Below are positions 1-9,705 of a stretch of DNA of 64,000 nucleotides, in pieces; position 1 is the stretch's first letter; each line of letters begins with the position of its first letter. This DNA comes from Rhizophagus irregularis (lineage: Eukaryota). The position numbers and the translations under genes are program-made. The stretch spans positions 4,092,001 to 4,156,000 of the forward strand of contig NC_089434.1 in the NCBI RefSeq assembly GCF_026210795.1, read 5' to 3'. Below the pieces are notes generated by a model. It did no database searches. It saw only the letters and a list, made by a program, of their open reading frames with translations, and was not told the DNA's origin.

Positions 1-42
1 TATATATGTTATATATGTTATAAATGTTATATAACGTGTTAT

Positions 43-57
43 ATGCCCATCTCTAGG
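43..57. repeat. Left target-site duplication of the LINE (right copy 8126-8140)
   Basis: Identical 15-mer atgcccatctctagg on both sides of the element. Confidence 0.95.
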
Positions 58-128
58 GAAAAAAAAACTCTCTCCTGCATAAATCGATTTTCATAAGAAT
101 CCGCAGCAAAATAAAATTTACTAGAAAT

Positions 129-586
129 ATGGGTATAACACCGTCAAGAGAAGACTTCGTAGCCCTAGAAGGATACGCAAAAAAAGCGAAGAAGAGCGCA
201 GAGCAATAATACAAAACGCGGGAATGGAAATAACCGATAACGACAAAGAGATAGCACAATTTTTGGGTTCAGAAGACGAAATACTAGGTTGTTTTATTAG
301 GGGAATAATCACGATATGCTTAAGACACTTTAACAACCAAAGAACAAAAGAATTTAACGAATACATAGAAGATTACAAGACAGCAACAAACGATATGATA
401 CAACAAAAAACTGTAGAAATGAACAAATGGGCCCGACTAAAAGAAGAACAATGGAACATCAAAGAAGAATATTATTTCAAAAATACATCGATAAAAGCGC
501 ACCAAATACAAACCGAACTAGGAGCGGTAGATAACGAAGACAGGATAAGGATAGAAAAACAGGAAAAAAGAGAAAATTATGAATGA
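129..586 (+). CDS. LINE ORF0, unknown function (120 aa from ATG 224; ~152 aa from ATG 129 if one A is restored in the A7 run at 179-185)
   Basis: ORF track 224..586; upstream frame MGITPSREDFVALEGYAKK joins SEEERRAIIQNAG-MEITD with one extra A. Confidence 0.6.
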
Positions 587-2243
587 ATGTAGAAAGATAA
601 CTATGAACAACCTCGACGAGGACAGCGACAAAGACGAAGAGATAATTCAACATACGTGGGAAATAGAAAGCAACACACCCAGTGAAGAATCATGGGACGA
701 AGGGAAAATGAACCAAAAATACCACGTTTACAACAATGCATCACACCAGACAAATGAAAACACCAATAATACTTCGAGAATGCAGGTCGAGAATAAAAAT
801 AGAAATTTTACAAAATCAAGAGACCAATCATTAACAATGGCGATCACTGCCGATCACAACATGGAAGAAAAACCTAATAAAAGTAAAGAGTCCGTGCATC
901 AACCAAAATCAGAAAAAGATCTGAAATATTTCGCAGGACTTTTTACAGTCCAAATAAGGGATAGACAAACTGACCAATCGATAATAGAATATCTCAACAC
1001 CAATAAAATTTTAGAATATCACGTGAACACACTAGGTAGAACTACTCATCACGGCAACGAATACACGTACTTAGGCTTTTTCACAGAAGCAGCGAAAAAC
1101 GATTTTATAAACGACGGAAGAATATTGGGAACGATAGGAAAATTCAGAGATCTAGAATGGTTAAATAAATTGAACAAAACAATCATCATATCAGCAACCG
1201 GAATAGACGGAGAAAACACAGATATCAACGAAGTTATCCAAGCAATAGAAGACAAATTAGGTAAACTCAAAAACGTAACACAAAAAACAGGAAATGGAAA
1301 ATGGATAAGTATGAAACTAGAAATGGACATTAAATGTACAGAGGACGAACTATTTAACACCTGGGGAGTCCTAGTCAAAAACAAAATGATAAAAATCGAA
1401 CCAATGAATTACAAACATCATATAACCAAACAACGAGGAAGAATTATGGCGGAAATACTCGATATACTTAACGAAATCGACGAAACAACATTCTCAAAAA
1501 TACTTAAAACTACCAACGCAAGATATTGGTTCAAAACTAACAACAGGATGAAAGGAACATACAACATGAAGATATACTTCAACAACGATGAAGACAGAAA
1601 ACAAGCAATTAACAAAAAAATCAAAATCGACGGAAAGATTTTTACTTGGTTTTTTCGGACTGGACCGGGAAGACAGAATAATTTTCGTAATGAAAGAAGA
1701 AATGATAATGGATTTGGCAAACGATTTCAACAAGAAATGTACGATGGAAGAAAGACTGGAAGATCCAGATGCAATATATGCAAAAGGAATAACCACATCA
1801 CAGACGAATGTTATTTCAACAATAGAAACAGAACACATGAAAACAGAAGAAACTGGAACGACAACTGGAATGAAACATATAGACATAGAAAAGGTAGATA
1901 CGACAATGAAGGAAAGTTCAGATATGACACGCAACAACAACAATTCAGTGATCACGACGACAACAGATACAACGCCTACACCAACAGAGGAAAACAAATA
2001 CACTCAAGAAGAAGATTCAACGACAACATTAACAGAGAAAATGGCAGAGATGAGACTAGAGGAAACCGACAAAGTTTTTACCACCAACAACAAAGATATA
2101 ATGGATACAATAACCATAACAACAACGGTCACAACACAGAGAGATACAACGAGAATGGAAAGAACAACTACAACGGATACAACAGAGATTGGAATGAAGG
2201 AAACAGTTCCAATGATAGGCGTCGAATGGCTAGACGCTATTGA
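579..2243 (+). CDS. LINE ORF1, gag-like nucleic-acid-binding protein
   Basis: 554 aa; CNICKRNNHITDEC = CX2CX4HX4C zinc knuckle; possible RRM-like middle region; N/R/G/Y-rich low-complexity C-terminus. Confidence 0.85.
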   Translation: MNECRKITMNNLDEDSDKDEEIIQHTWEIESNTPSEESWDEGKMNQKYHVYNNASHQTNENTNNTSRMQVENKNRNFTKSRDQSLTMAITADHNMEEKPNKSKESVHQPKSEKDLKYFAGLFTVQIRDRQTDQSIIEYLNTNKILEYHVNTLGRTTHHGNEYTYLGFFTEAAKNDFINDGRILGTIGKFRDLEWLNKLNKTIIISATGIDGENTDINEVIQAIEDKLGKLKNVTQKTGNGKWISMKLEMDIKCTEDELFNTWGVLVKNKMIKIEPMNYKHHITKQRGRIMAEILDILNEIDETTFSKILKTTNARYWFKTNNRMKGTYNMKIYFNNDEDRKQAINKKIKIDGKIFTWFFRTGPGRQNNFRNERRNDNGFGKRFQQEMYDGRKTGRSRCNICKRNNHITDECYFNNRNRTHENRRNWNDNWNETYRHRKGRYDNEGKFRYDTQQQQFSDHDDNRYNAYTNRGKQIHSRRRFNDNINRENGRDETRGNRQSFYHQQQRYNGYNNHNNNGHNTERYNENGKNNYNGYNRDWNEGNSSNDRRRMARRY

Positions 2244-3669
2244 CTGGCAACTATACCAAAACACAACAACAGAAGAAGAAAATGAAGAAAAAAGAGGCGT
2301 AGGTGAACAAAATTTAAAAGAGAACGAAGAGGAAAACATCACAACAAATAAAACAAAAAAAGGAAAAACTTACATAAAACAAAAACAACAAGAAAATAAT
2401 AAGAAAAAAGAAAAAAATAACAAACTAAAAATAGGTTGTATAAACGTAAGGGGGATGAACGATACAAAAAAACAAGGCGATATAAGAAAATTTTTATCAA
2501 AAGAAAACTGGGATATAGCAATAATTAATGAAACTAAACTAAAAGAAGCAAAAGGTAAATATATATACAATGGCTGGGATAAATACAAATGCATTAACAG
2601 TAGCTACAACAACGAAAACAACAAGAATGGAATAATAATAATGATAAGAAGAGATATCTACGATAGAGGATATAAGATAGAAACAATCAACGGTCACGTG
2701 ATTAAATTCGACTTATTATTCAAAGGAAATCAGAAAAACATAAGAATCATAGGAATATATAATCCAAATAACGACAAACCAACTACGAATAATATAGAAA
2801 AACATTTGGCAAAATGGATGAACGAAGCAATAAACCTAGAATATGAAACGATAATTTTGGGAGATTTCAATGAATCAGCCAATAACAAGAAAAAATTAAA
2901 ACCGTTAACAAACACAATCAAGAATCATGGCTTACAAGACATTCACGAAAGTTTAACAGTAGCGGAAGATAGACTAGACACTTGGAAGAGTGGAGACAAT
3001 TCATCCAGGATAGATTTTATTTTCGCAAGCGAAGGCTTTCAAGAAAGTATTATAAGTCATGAGATACTAGAAATAGAAGACTTCGACACAGATCACAAAG
3101 CACTAACAGTTAAAATAGAAATTAAAGAAAAATTAGGAATAAACAAACCCGGATTTATGAAAGAAATAAAAAAGGAAATAAGACACATAAAATTAGAACA
3201 AGAAGATTGGAAAGAAATAGCAGAAGAAGTAGAAACAAGATTAGAAACGTTAGACCAGAATACAACACAACATTTAAATCGAGAAATGATATGGAAAATG
3301 ATAGTAGAAATATACGACGAAGAAAAGAATAGACAACTAATTAAAATCAGAAAAAGAAAAGAAGATTCAAAAAAAGAAAGAGACGAAAGTTTAATGAAAA
3401 CAAACGAAGAAAGATTAGAGGAATTAATCACAGAATACGAAAACTTAGAAAAAATTGATACGATAGAACATGAAATCAGTAAGATAACAGATAAAGTTAT
3501 AAAGAAATTATGGCAAGATAGAAAAGCCTTTCAATACAAATATAATTTCAAAGAATTTGAAGAAACAATAATAATAGAGCAATGGGGAACAACGGACACA
3601 GGTAAACACAACGCGGTAAAACTAGGAAAATTAATCAACATACATGATAGACTCGAAAAAAAACATTGA
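1588..3669 (+). CDS. LINE ORF2 part 1: AP-endonuclease domain (true start uncertain, possibly ATG 2194 or later)
   Basis: APE motifs IGCINVRG, IAIINETK, IGIYNPN, IILGDFN, SRIDFIF, TDHKAL. Confidence 0.93.
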   Translation: MKTENKQLTKKSKSTERFLLGFFGLDREDRIIFVMKEEMIMDLANDFNKKCTMEERLEDPDAIYAKGITTSQTNVISTIETEHMKTEETGTTTGMKHIDIEKVDTTMKESSDMTRNNNNSVITTTTDTTPTPTEENKYTQEEDSTTTLTEKMAEMRLEETDKVFTTNNKDIMDTITITTTVTTQRDTTRMERTTTTDTTEIGMKETVPMIGVEWLDAIDWQLYQNTTTEEENEEKRGVGEQNLKENEEENITTNKTKKGKTYIKQKQQENNKKKEKNNKLKIGCINVRGMNDTKKQGDIRKFLSKENWDIAIINETKLKEAKGKYIYNGWDKYKCINSSYNNENNKNGIIIMIRRDIYDRGYKIETINGHVIKFDLLFKGNQKNIRIIGIYNPNNDKPTTNNIEKHLAKWMNEAINLEYETIILGDFNESANNKKKLKPLTNTIKNHGLQDIHESLTVAEDRLDTWKSGDNSSRIDFIFASEGFQESIISHEILEIEDFDTDHKALTVKIEIKEKLGINKPGFMKEIKKEIRHIKLEQEDWKEIAEEVETRLETLDQNTTQHLNREMIWKMIVEIYDEEKNRQLIKIRKRKEDSKKERDESLMKTNEERLEELITEYENLEKIDTIEHEISKITDKVIKKLWQDRKAFQYKYNFKEFEETIIIEQWGTTDTGKHNAVKLGKLINIHDRLEKKH

Positions 3670-6343
3670 ATACGGAATCACGATAGATAAACTAAGAAAA
3701 TATAGAAACCGCAAAGAGTTAAAAGAAAGAAGAACAAAAAGAGCAGAAATTATGAGAAGCCTATATGTGGAAATTAATAGCCTGAATATAGAAATAAACA
3801 TAAGAAAACGCGAAACGTACCTAGAAGAAGACATAGGAAAAATGTTAAATAGAATTTTAGAAAAAAAGAGAGAGAAAATTAATATGACAGGATTAGTAAT
3901 AAAAGAGAATGGAAGAATCACGATAGAAAAAGACAAAAAAAAGATAAAGGATAAAGTATTAAAACATAACAAAGATTGGACAAAGAAAAGAGAAATAGAC
4001 CTAGATGAACTAGAATATGATCCGGAGTGGAGAGAGATCTATACACCTAATGAAGATATAAACGAAAATATTTACAAAAATCTAATGACACCGATAAGGA
4101 TGGAAGAACTAGAAAGGGTATTACAAAACCTAAAAACAAATAAAGCACCAGGATCAAGTGGTATAACTTACGACTTTTGGAAGAAAAGCGGAAACCTAAC
4201 GAGGAATTTATTATTAAACATCTTTAACGACAGCATGGCCAAAGAGAACGTAACGGATGAATGGAAAAAAGGATTTATATATCCGATAAATAAAACTTCA
4301 CGTTCAAATTGGAATCAAGATTTAAACTTGACGAGACCGATAGTGCTCTTAGAAACGGCAAGAAAAATTTGGTTTAAAATATTGGTAAATAGATTAGGCG
4401 AAATTTTAACAAAAGAACAGATTTTGACAAATACGAATTTTGCAGCACTAAAAAATGAAAGCACCCTAGAGCCAATAAAAATCATCCAAGCAATAATAGA
4501 AGACGCTAATAATTACAAAAAAGAAGCATGGATACTATTGATGGATATATCCAAAGCTTACGATTCAGTAAACACAACAATGCTAAAAAGAAGCCTGGAA
4601 AGAATTAAACTGCCACCAAATTTTATTAACATAGTCATGGACGTCAATTTAAATAGATTTAATAGGGTGCTAGTAAACAACGAACTTACAGATGAATACC
4701 ATGTAGAAGACGGTATCGACCAAGGCGAAGTATGGTCACCGATACTGTGGAGAATTTTTTATGACCCGCTTTTAAGTAGATTAAATGAAATGAAAGAGGA
4801 GACAGGTTACAACTTTTACGAGGAAAAATTAATCGATAATAATAAAAAAGATAAAGAAATACTTGAAATATCGATTAACGTTACGGCATTTATGGACGAT
4901 ACAACGCTTATCAGCAAAAATAAAAAACAATTAGAAAAAATGATTGAGATATGTCATCAATTTTTTAATATAAATGACATAAAAGCAAACGTATCGAAAT
5001 ATGAACTTATAAAAATAAATAACGATAAAGAAGAACTTTTAATTAAAGGAGAATCAATCACAAAAACAAATAGTGAAGAAGGTAATCGTTACTTAGGAAT
5101 ATTTTTTAGATACGACAACAAAAGAGAAATATATAAAAAGAAAATAACATCAATAATCAATAACGCCTGCAATATATTTAATTGGAAAAGATTAAACGAA
5201 AAACAAATCATAGCGGTTTGGAATATAGTTATTATACCAAGGATAGAGTACCAGCTGGCAGCCATAGTCCTAAAGAAATGGGAATGTGAGAAATTGATGA
5301 CAAGAATAAATATGATAATCAAAAAAAGAGCTGGCCTAGCAAGATCAACTCCAAATTTTATAATTTATGATAAAGACATTTTAGGTATAAAACATATTTA
5401 CGACTTACAGATGGAAATGATATGTAAGAATTTGCTTTATCAGGCGAATGGAAATTACAAATTACAAATTTTATTTAAAATCAAAATGATCCAAGAACAG
5501 AAAAATATATGGACTTCGAGATGTCCCGGAGAAATAGAAATAACAAATTACAGGAAAAATAATTGGATCATATCAGCTCTAAAGACGTTAAATAACGAAA
5601 AAATTAAAATATGTAATCATGAAATAAAAGATTTTAGAGAAAGCCATAGAATCAAAGGAGGAAAGACTGACCTAATTGATTTAATGGAGTGTAAGGATTT
5701 TATAACAAGTACTCAATCAAGAAAAACAAAAAAAATAATGTTTTTAGAAGACATCCTAGAGGCGGATGGTATCACTTTACTAAAATGGAAGCATTTATGT
5801 AAAGAAAAAGGAAAGAACACGAAAGGAAAAACGCCTAAATGGTTTAAAAAATTAGAATTGAAACTAATAGCAGACGAAAGTGGACAAGTAAGAAAAATAA
5901 GAAACGAGTTTATAGGACAAGCACAAAAAGAAAATATTCACATAAACTATTTTGATGAAGATGAAAAATCGGACAAAAATAGTATTGTAACTTGGAACGA
6001 CTACGGAGAATACCCGATATTTAGTATTAATAAAAAAAAATCGCAGAGTAAGAAATACAAAAGAATAGGAATACATTTAGAACTAGACGGAGATAGTTAT
6101 AATCTAAACAATTCGCCTCAACTGAAGAAATGTCAAGGATGTTTTAGAAACATTAGTAAAAAAAAGGGGAGCAACGAATGTCTAATATACATAGAAAACG
6201 AAATCTGTAGAAATTTAGATAGAAGAAAAGAAGAAGACTATATTAAACCGTACAAAACTCTAAATAATATTATAAAAAAGAATGAATGGTTACGAACGTA
6301 TACAAAAGAAGATAAAAAAGATGAGTCATTTAACAAAAAATAG
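3644..6343 (+). CDS. LINE ORF2 part 2: reverse transcriptase
   Basis: KAPGSSG, TRPIVLLE, MDISKAYDSV, GIDQGEVWSPILW, AFMDDTTL, RYLGIF; joins part 1 if one A is removed from the A8 run at 3656-3663. Confidence 0.95.
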   Translation: MIDSKKNIEYGITIDKLRKYRNRKELKERRTKRAEIMRSLYVEINSLNIEINIRKRETYLEEDIGKMLNRILEKKREKINMTGLVIKENGRITIEKDKKKIKDKVLKHNKDWTKKREIDLDELEYDPEWREIYTPNEDINENIYKNLMTPIRMEELERVLQNLKTNKAPGSSGITYDFWKKSGNLTRNLLLNIFNDSMAKENVTDEWKKGFIYPINKTSRSNWNQDLNLTRPIVLLETARKIWFKILVNRLGEILTKEQILTNTNFAALKNESTLEPIKIIQAIIEDANNYKKEAWILLMDISKAYDSVNTTMLKRSLERIKLPPNFINIVMDVNLNRFNRVLVNNELTDEYHVEDGIDQGEVWSPILWRIFYDPLLSRLNEMKEETGYNFYEEKLIDNNKKDKEILEISINVTAFMDDTTLISKNKKQLEKMIEICHQFFNINDIKANVSKYELIKINNDKEELLIKGESITKTNSEEGNRYLGIFFRYDNKREIYKKKITSIINNACNIFNWKRLNEKQIIAVWNIVIIPRIEYQLAAIVLKKWECEKLMTRINMIIKKRAGLARSTPNFIIYDKDILGIKHIYDLQMEMICKNLLYQANGNYKLQILFKIKMIQEQKNIWTSRCPGEIEITNYRKNNWIISALKTLNNEKIKICNHEIKDFRESHRIKGGKTDLIDLMECKDFITSTQSRKTKKIMFLEDILEADGITLLKWKHLCKEKGKNTKGKTPKWFKKLELKLIADESGQVRKIRNEFIGQAQKENIHINYFDEDEKSDKNSIVTWNDYGEYPIFSINKKKSQSKKYKRIGIHLELDGDSYNLNNSPQLKKCQGCFRNISKKKGSNECLIYIENEICRNLDRRKEEDYIKPYKTLNNIIKKNEWLRTYTKEDKKDESFNKK

Positions 6344-7929
6344 AATTAATCGACAAAATAATTAACACGAATGACAAAAATTTTCTGGATATAATCAAAA
6401 ACAGTATTTTCGAAGAAGAAGATAATTTGATTTCGATTACAAAACGAAGATTTTGTTTACTAATTAATACAAACAAAAAGAAATGGGAAATTAACAATAA
6501 AGGTAAAAGAGTTTATCGATATAATGTAGTATGGAAAATATTTGAACTGAATTACGAAGGAAAAGAGAGCGAGGAAGTGATCCTACTAGCGAGCTATGAA
6601 TGTAATTACGAAAACGAATTCAAAATTATTCTTAGATGTATAATTCTAGGAATTATGATAATAAGTGAGAATAGCGAATTAATTTTAGGAATAAACGAGA
6701 AAGTCAATAGACTAATAATTGAATTTACTAATAATTTTAGTAATAGGAAGAAAATAGATAGTGATTACTATTTAGAGCTTTTATTTTTAGAAAACTTTTT
6801 AGAAACAAATAATATTGAATTAATCGAAGGTAAAGAGAAAATACAGAGAATCATAAAAGAAAAAAGAAAAGAGATGCAGGAAATGTTAAAGAACAATAAG
6901 ATAGTAGATAAGATAAAATATAATTTTGAATTAATAGACGAAGGTTTAATTACGAATGAATATAATTTAATTTGGAATAACAAATTAATAACAGGAGGAT
7001 TCCGAGTTTGGAGGAAAGCAGTGACATTAGCAATTTGGAAAAATGAAATTTTAAACAGCGAGAGGTTAGAAGATCTATTTATGTACAATTATAGAAACGA
7101 ATTTGACTGGATCGCAAGTCTTGAATTTATTAGTAATAGAGTTAAATTTTTGCAAAGACAATGTGGTGATAGAGACACAATTGAACGCTCATACAGAATC
7201 AAAAATTTACTTAAAGAATTGCCCACATATAACACTTTATTTAAAAGAAACACGAACAAAATTGATACAGATAAATGTATAAGATGTGGGAAAATCTTCA
7301 CGGAAGATTGGGAACACATATGGATATGTGAAGATAATGATATATCAATTGATGAAATCATACGAGAATCACCATATAATTTCGAAAAAGTTTTGGATAA
7401 CTCTAACCAAACCGAAGAACTAGATATTTTAAGAAACTACAATTGTGAATTTATTAATATAATAGAAAGTCCTTCAAATATTTTGTTGGGGAAAAGCAGA
7501 AAATGGGAATTACTAAGAGGGATTTATAATAATAAATTCAATGATTTATCTAAAGAGAAAAAAGTTAAAGATCTAATCAAAAAGCTTTGGATGTTCACGT
7601 ATGACGAGATTAAGAAACGAATATGGATCCCACGATGCGAAGAAATTAAAAGATTAGAAGAAAGAGAACAAATTAAAAAAATAGATCTTAGAAGGAGAAG
7701 AGCCGCAAACGATGATATAGTAGAAGATGAAATCGACAAGGATATATTACCAGGAAAAATGAAAAAACAAAAAACAAAAGAAAATTTAGTTAAAAAAGAA
7801 AAAAATACAAATATAAATAGACAAATTAGCTTAGTAACATTAGACAATTTGAAAGGATTAATCACAGAAGGTATTAATATAGCTAAATCTTGGAATTCAA
7901 CAATTAAATTAACGAACGCTCTAGTTTAG
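6340..7929 (+). CDS. LINE ORF2 part 3: degenerate RNase H-like region and C-terminal CCHC zinc finger
   Basis: Frame open from 6340 (IELIDKIINTND...); CIRCGKIFTEDWEHIWIC zinc finger; IWIPRCEE motif; joins part 2 if one A is added to the A6 run at 6335-6340. Confidence 0.85.
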   Translation: MELIDKIINTNDKNFLDIIKNSIFEEEDNLISITKRRFCLLINTNKKKWEINNKGKRVYRYNVVWKIFELNYEGKESEEVILLASYECNYENEFKIILRCIILGIMIISENSELILGINEKVNRLIIEFTNNFSNRKKIDSDYYLELLFLENFLETNNIELIEGKEKIQRIIKEKRKEMQEMLKNNKIVDKIKYNFELIDEGLITNEYNLIWNNKLITGGFRVWRKAVTLAIWKNEILNSERLEDLFMYNYRNEFDWIASLEFISNRVKFLQRQCGDRDTIERSYRIKNLLKELPTYNTLFKRNTNKIDTDKCIRCGKIFTEDWEHIWICEDNDISIDEIIRESPYNFEKVLDNSNQTEELDILRNYNCEFINIIESPSNILLGKSRKWELLRGIYNNKFNDLSKEKKVKDLIKKLWMFTYDEIKKRIWIPRCEEIKRLEEREQIKKIDLRRRRAANDDIVEDEIDKDILPGKMKKQKTKENLVKKEKNTNINRQISLVTLDNLKGLITEGINIAKSWNSTIKLTNALV

Positions 7930-8791
7930 ATTTAGTTTAGCGATATTTAGATATAGCGTGAAATTTTTATTATGATTTTTACGATAGATTTAGGTATAGT
8001 TCGATAAATACTTAGTTATAGGGTTTGAATTTTTCAAGCTCTAGGTGTTTACTTTTAATTATGTAATTTATTGTATAAATTCAAATAATTAATAAACGCG
8101 TTACTATTTAAAAAAAAAAAAAAAAATGCCCATCTCTAGGTATATTTTATTGTTGAATCTTATTTTTCTTTCGCTTGGTTTTTTTTTTCATTTTAAAAGA
8201 TTTTAAAAAATAAATTTTTTAAATTTTAAAAAGCTTCGGAACTATTACTATTACTATTACACTTGAAAAATATTATTGAGATTACAAATAAATTAAAAGA
8301 AAGTTTTTCTCATTTGGAAAATGCAGATCTTTCCGAATTACTCAAATTTTCAAATCAGTCCATTATAGTATAAATCAATAGTTAATTTTTACCGCAAAAT
8401 TTCCTTAGAAACGGATAAATAAATACATATAAAATTTGCTACCCAGTAGGTATAACTACATTTGCATAATCGTGCAAATGGTGCCGATCAGGGGATAATT
8501 CTTTTTTGAACTGAAGTTCAACCAAAAAAATGAAAAAATGTTATTTATTTATTTATTTTATGGATAGTATGGGAGAATTACAGTTATAATCACAACAGAA
8601 TTTAAAAAATTAAGTCAGAAAAAATTTAAACTATAAACCTTCTTGAAATTTATTTACCATTTCAACAACCCGGCAGTAGAAGGTATGTTATCATTTTTCG
8701 GAACCCGTTGTCTATCCTCTACTAGGTTCTTATACTGCGTCTGATATTTATCTTGTAATTCCTTCCTTGCCTCCTCCGTTAACGACGTTCT

Positions 8792-8959
8792 CCCTATAAA
8801 ATATTTTATCCGTTATTTTGTAAAAACTCCGTAAAAATGGGCCTTTCGCGGATTTATTCACGGAAACTGATCCGTGATATAAGGTGATTAATTCCAGAAA
8901 TATGAGCCTTTTGTGAAAAAAAGATGGAATATTAAAAATGGATCGACTTTTTTTACGGG
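8792..8959. mobile_element. MITE family A (CCCTATAAAA...TTTTACGGG), 168 bp
   Basis: Short imperfect TIRs; internal sequence (atccgttat...aaaactccgtaaaaatg..cctttcgcggat..attcacggaaa) recurs at 39609, 40456 and 52441. Confidence 0.7.
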
Positions 8960-9291
8960 ACCTTAAAAAGTTAGTTCAAATATATTATAACAGATTGGTT
9001 CGGAAAAATGTTTAATAGTTAGTAAATAATAATTTTATTATAAAAAGTATTACCAAATTGGTATGTTTTTCGCAAATAATAATAAAAAATATGAAAGTTA
9101 TTATAATGAGTAATTTGATTATAGTTTTGAATTACATTACATTAAATTTGACACAGAGAAATTTCGGTAAAATTTTTTGTATTAATTATTAATGATGTCA
9201 TATTTCCAGAAAATAATTAATTATGCAACTAGAGAAACAGATTTAATTGGTTCACATCTTCAACATACTGAGATAATATCCAAATAAACGA

Positions 9292-9705
9292 TTAACAAGA
9301 TGTTTGATCAAATTTCCATTTATCAACAGAGCCATGTATACTAAAACAGGTATTTTCATTAAAAGGTCCTCGTACTTTCTCTTTCTCGAAACTACCTTCA
9401 ACTTTAGCATGAGCCGTGTACATTTGGTCTGGAAAACTAATATTTTCATCGATACGGGCACTACAATCACGATAGCTATCGTCACCGGCTATGCGATAAC
9501 CATTTGAATCCTCTATCCAAATTCTACATCTGCAGAGAAACATGATACTAAAATGCATGTCGATCATATGCTATACATTAAACCAAAAAGTTGAATTATT
9601 AGAAAAGAAAATGGAGAACATATTGAATGTAAGGACTTTACCTTTAATGTCTATTATATAGAAACACATGAAAAGGACAGTAAGAAGGAAGCTTTGAAGT
9701 TTCAT
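9292..9705 (-). CDS. Small secreted Cys-containing protein, two exons (splice junction unresolved, possibly frameshifted)
   Basis: Exon 1 9705-9642 MKLQSFLLTVLFMCFYIIDIK (signal peptide-like) followed by donor GTAAAG; exon 2 encodes CRIWIEDSNGYRIAGDDSYRDC...NTCFSIHGSVDKWKFDQTSC*. Confidence 0.6.

Larger units (their letters stand above)
58..8125 (+). mobile_element. Full-length non-LTR retrotransposon (LINE; APE + RT + RNase H-like + CCHC), ~8.07 kb
   Basis: Perfect direct repeat ATGCCCATCTCTAGG at 43-57 and 8126-8140; AATAAA at 8091 and A17 run at 8110-8126; ORFs encode a CCHC gag-like protein, AP endonuclease, RT and a C-terminal zinc finger. Confidence 0.97.

Noticed and set aside
53..7865. 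Many minus-strand ORFs inside the LINE
   Set aside because: They are F/L/I/S-rich shadows of the A-rich sense strand, with no motifs.
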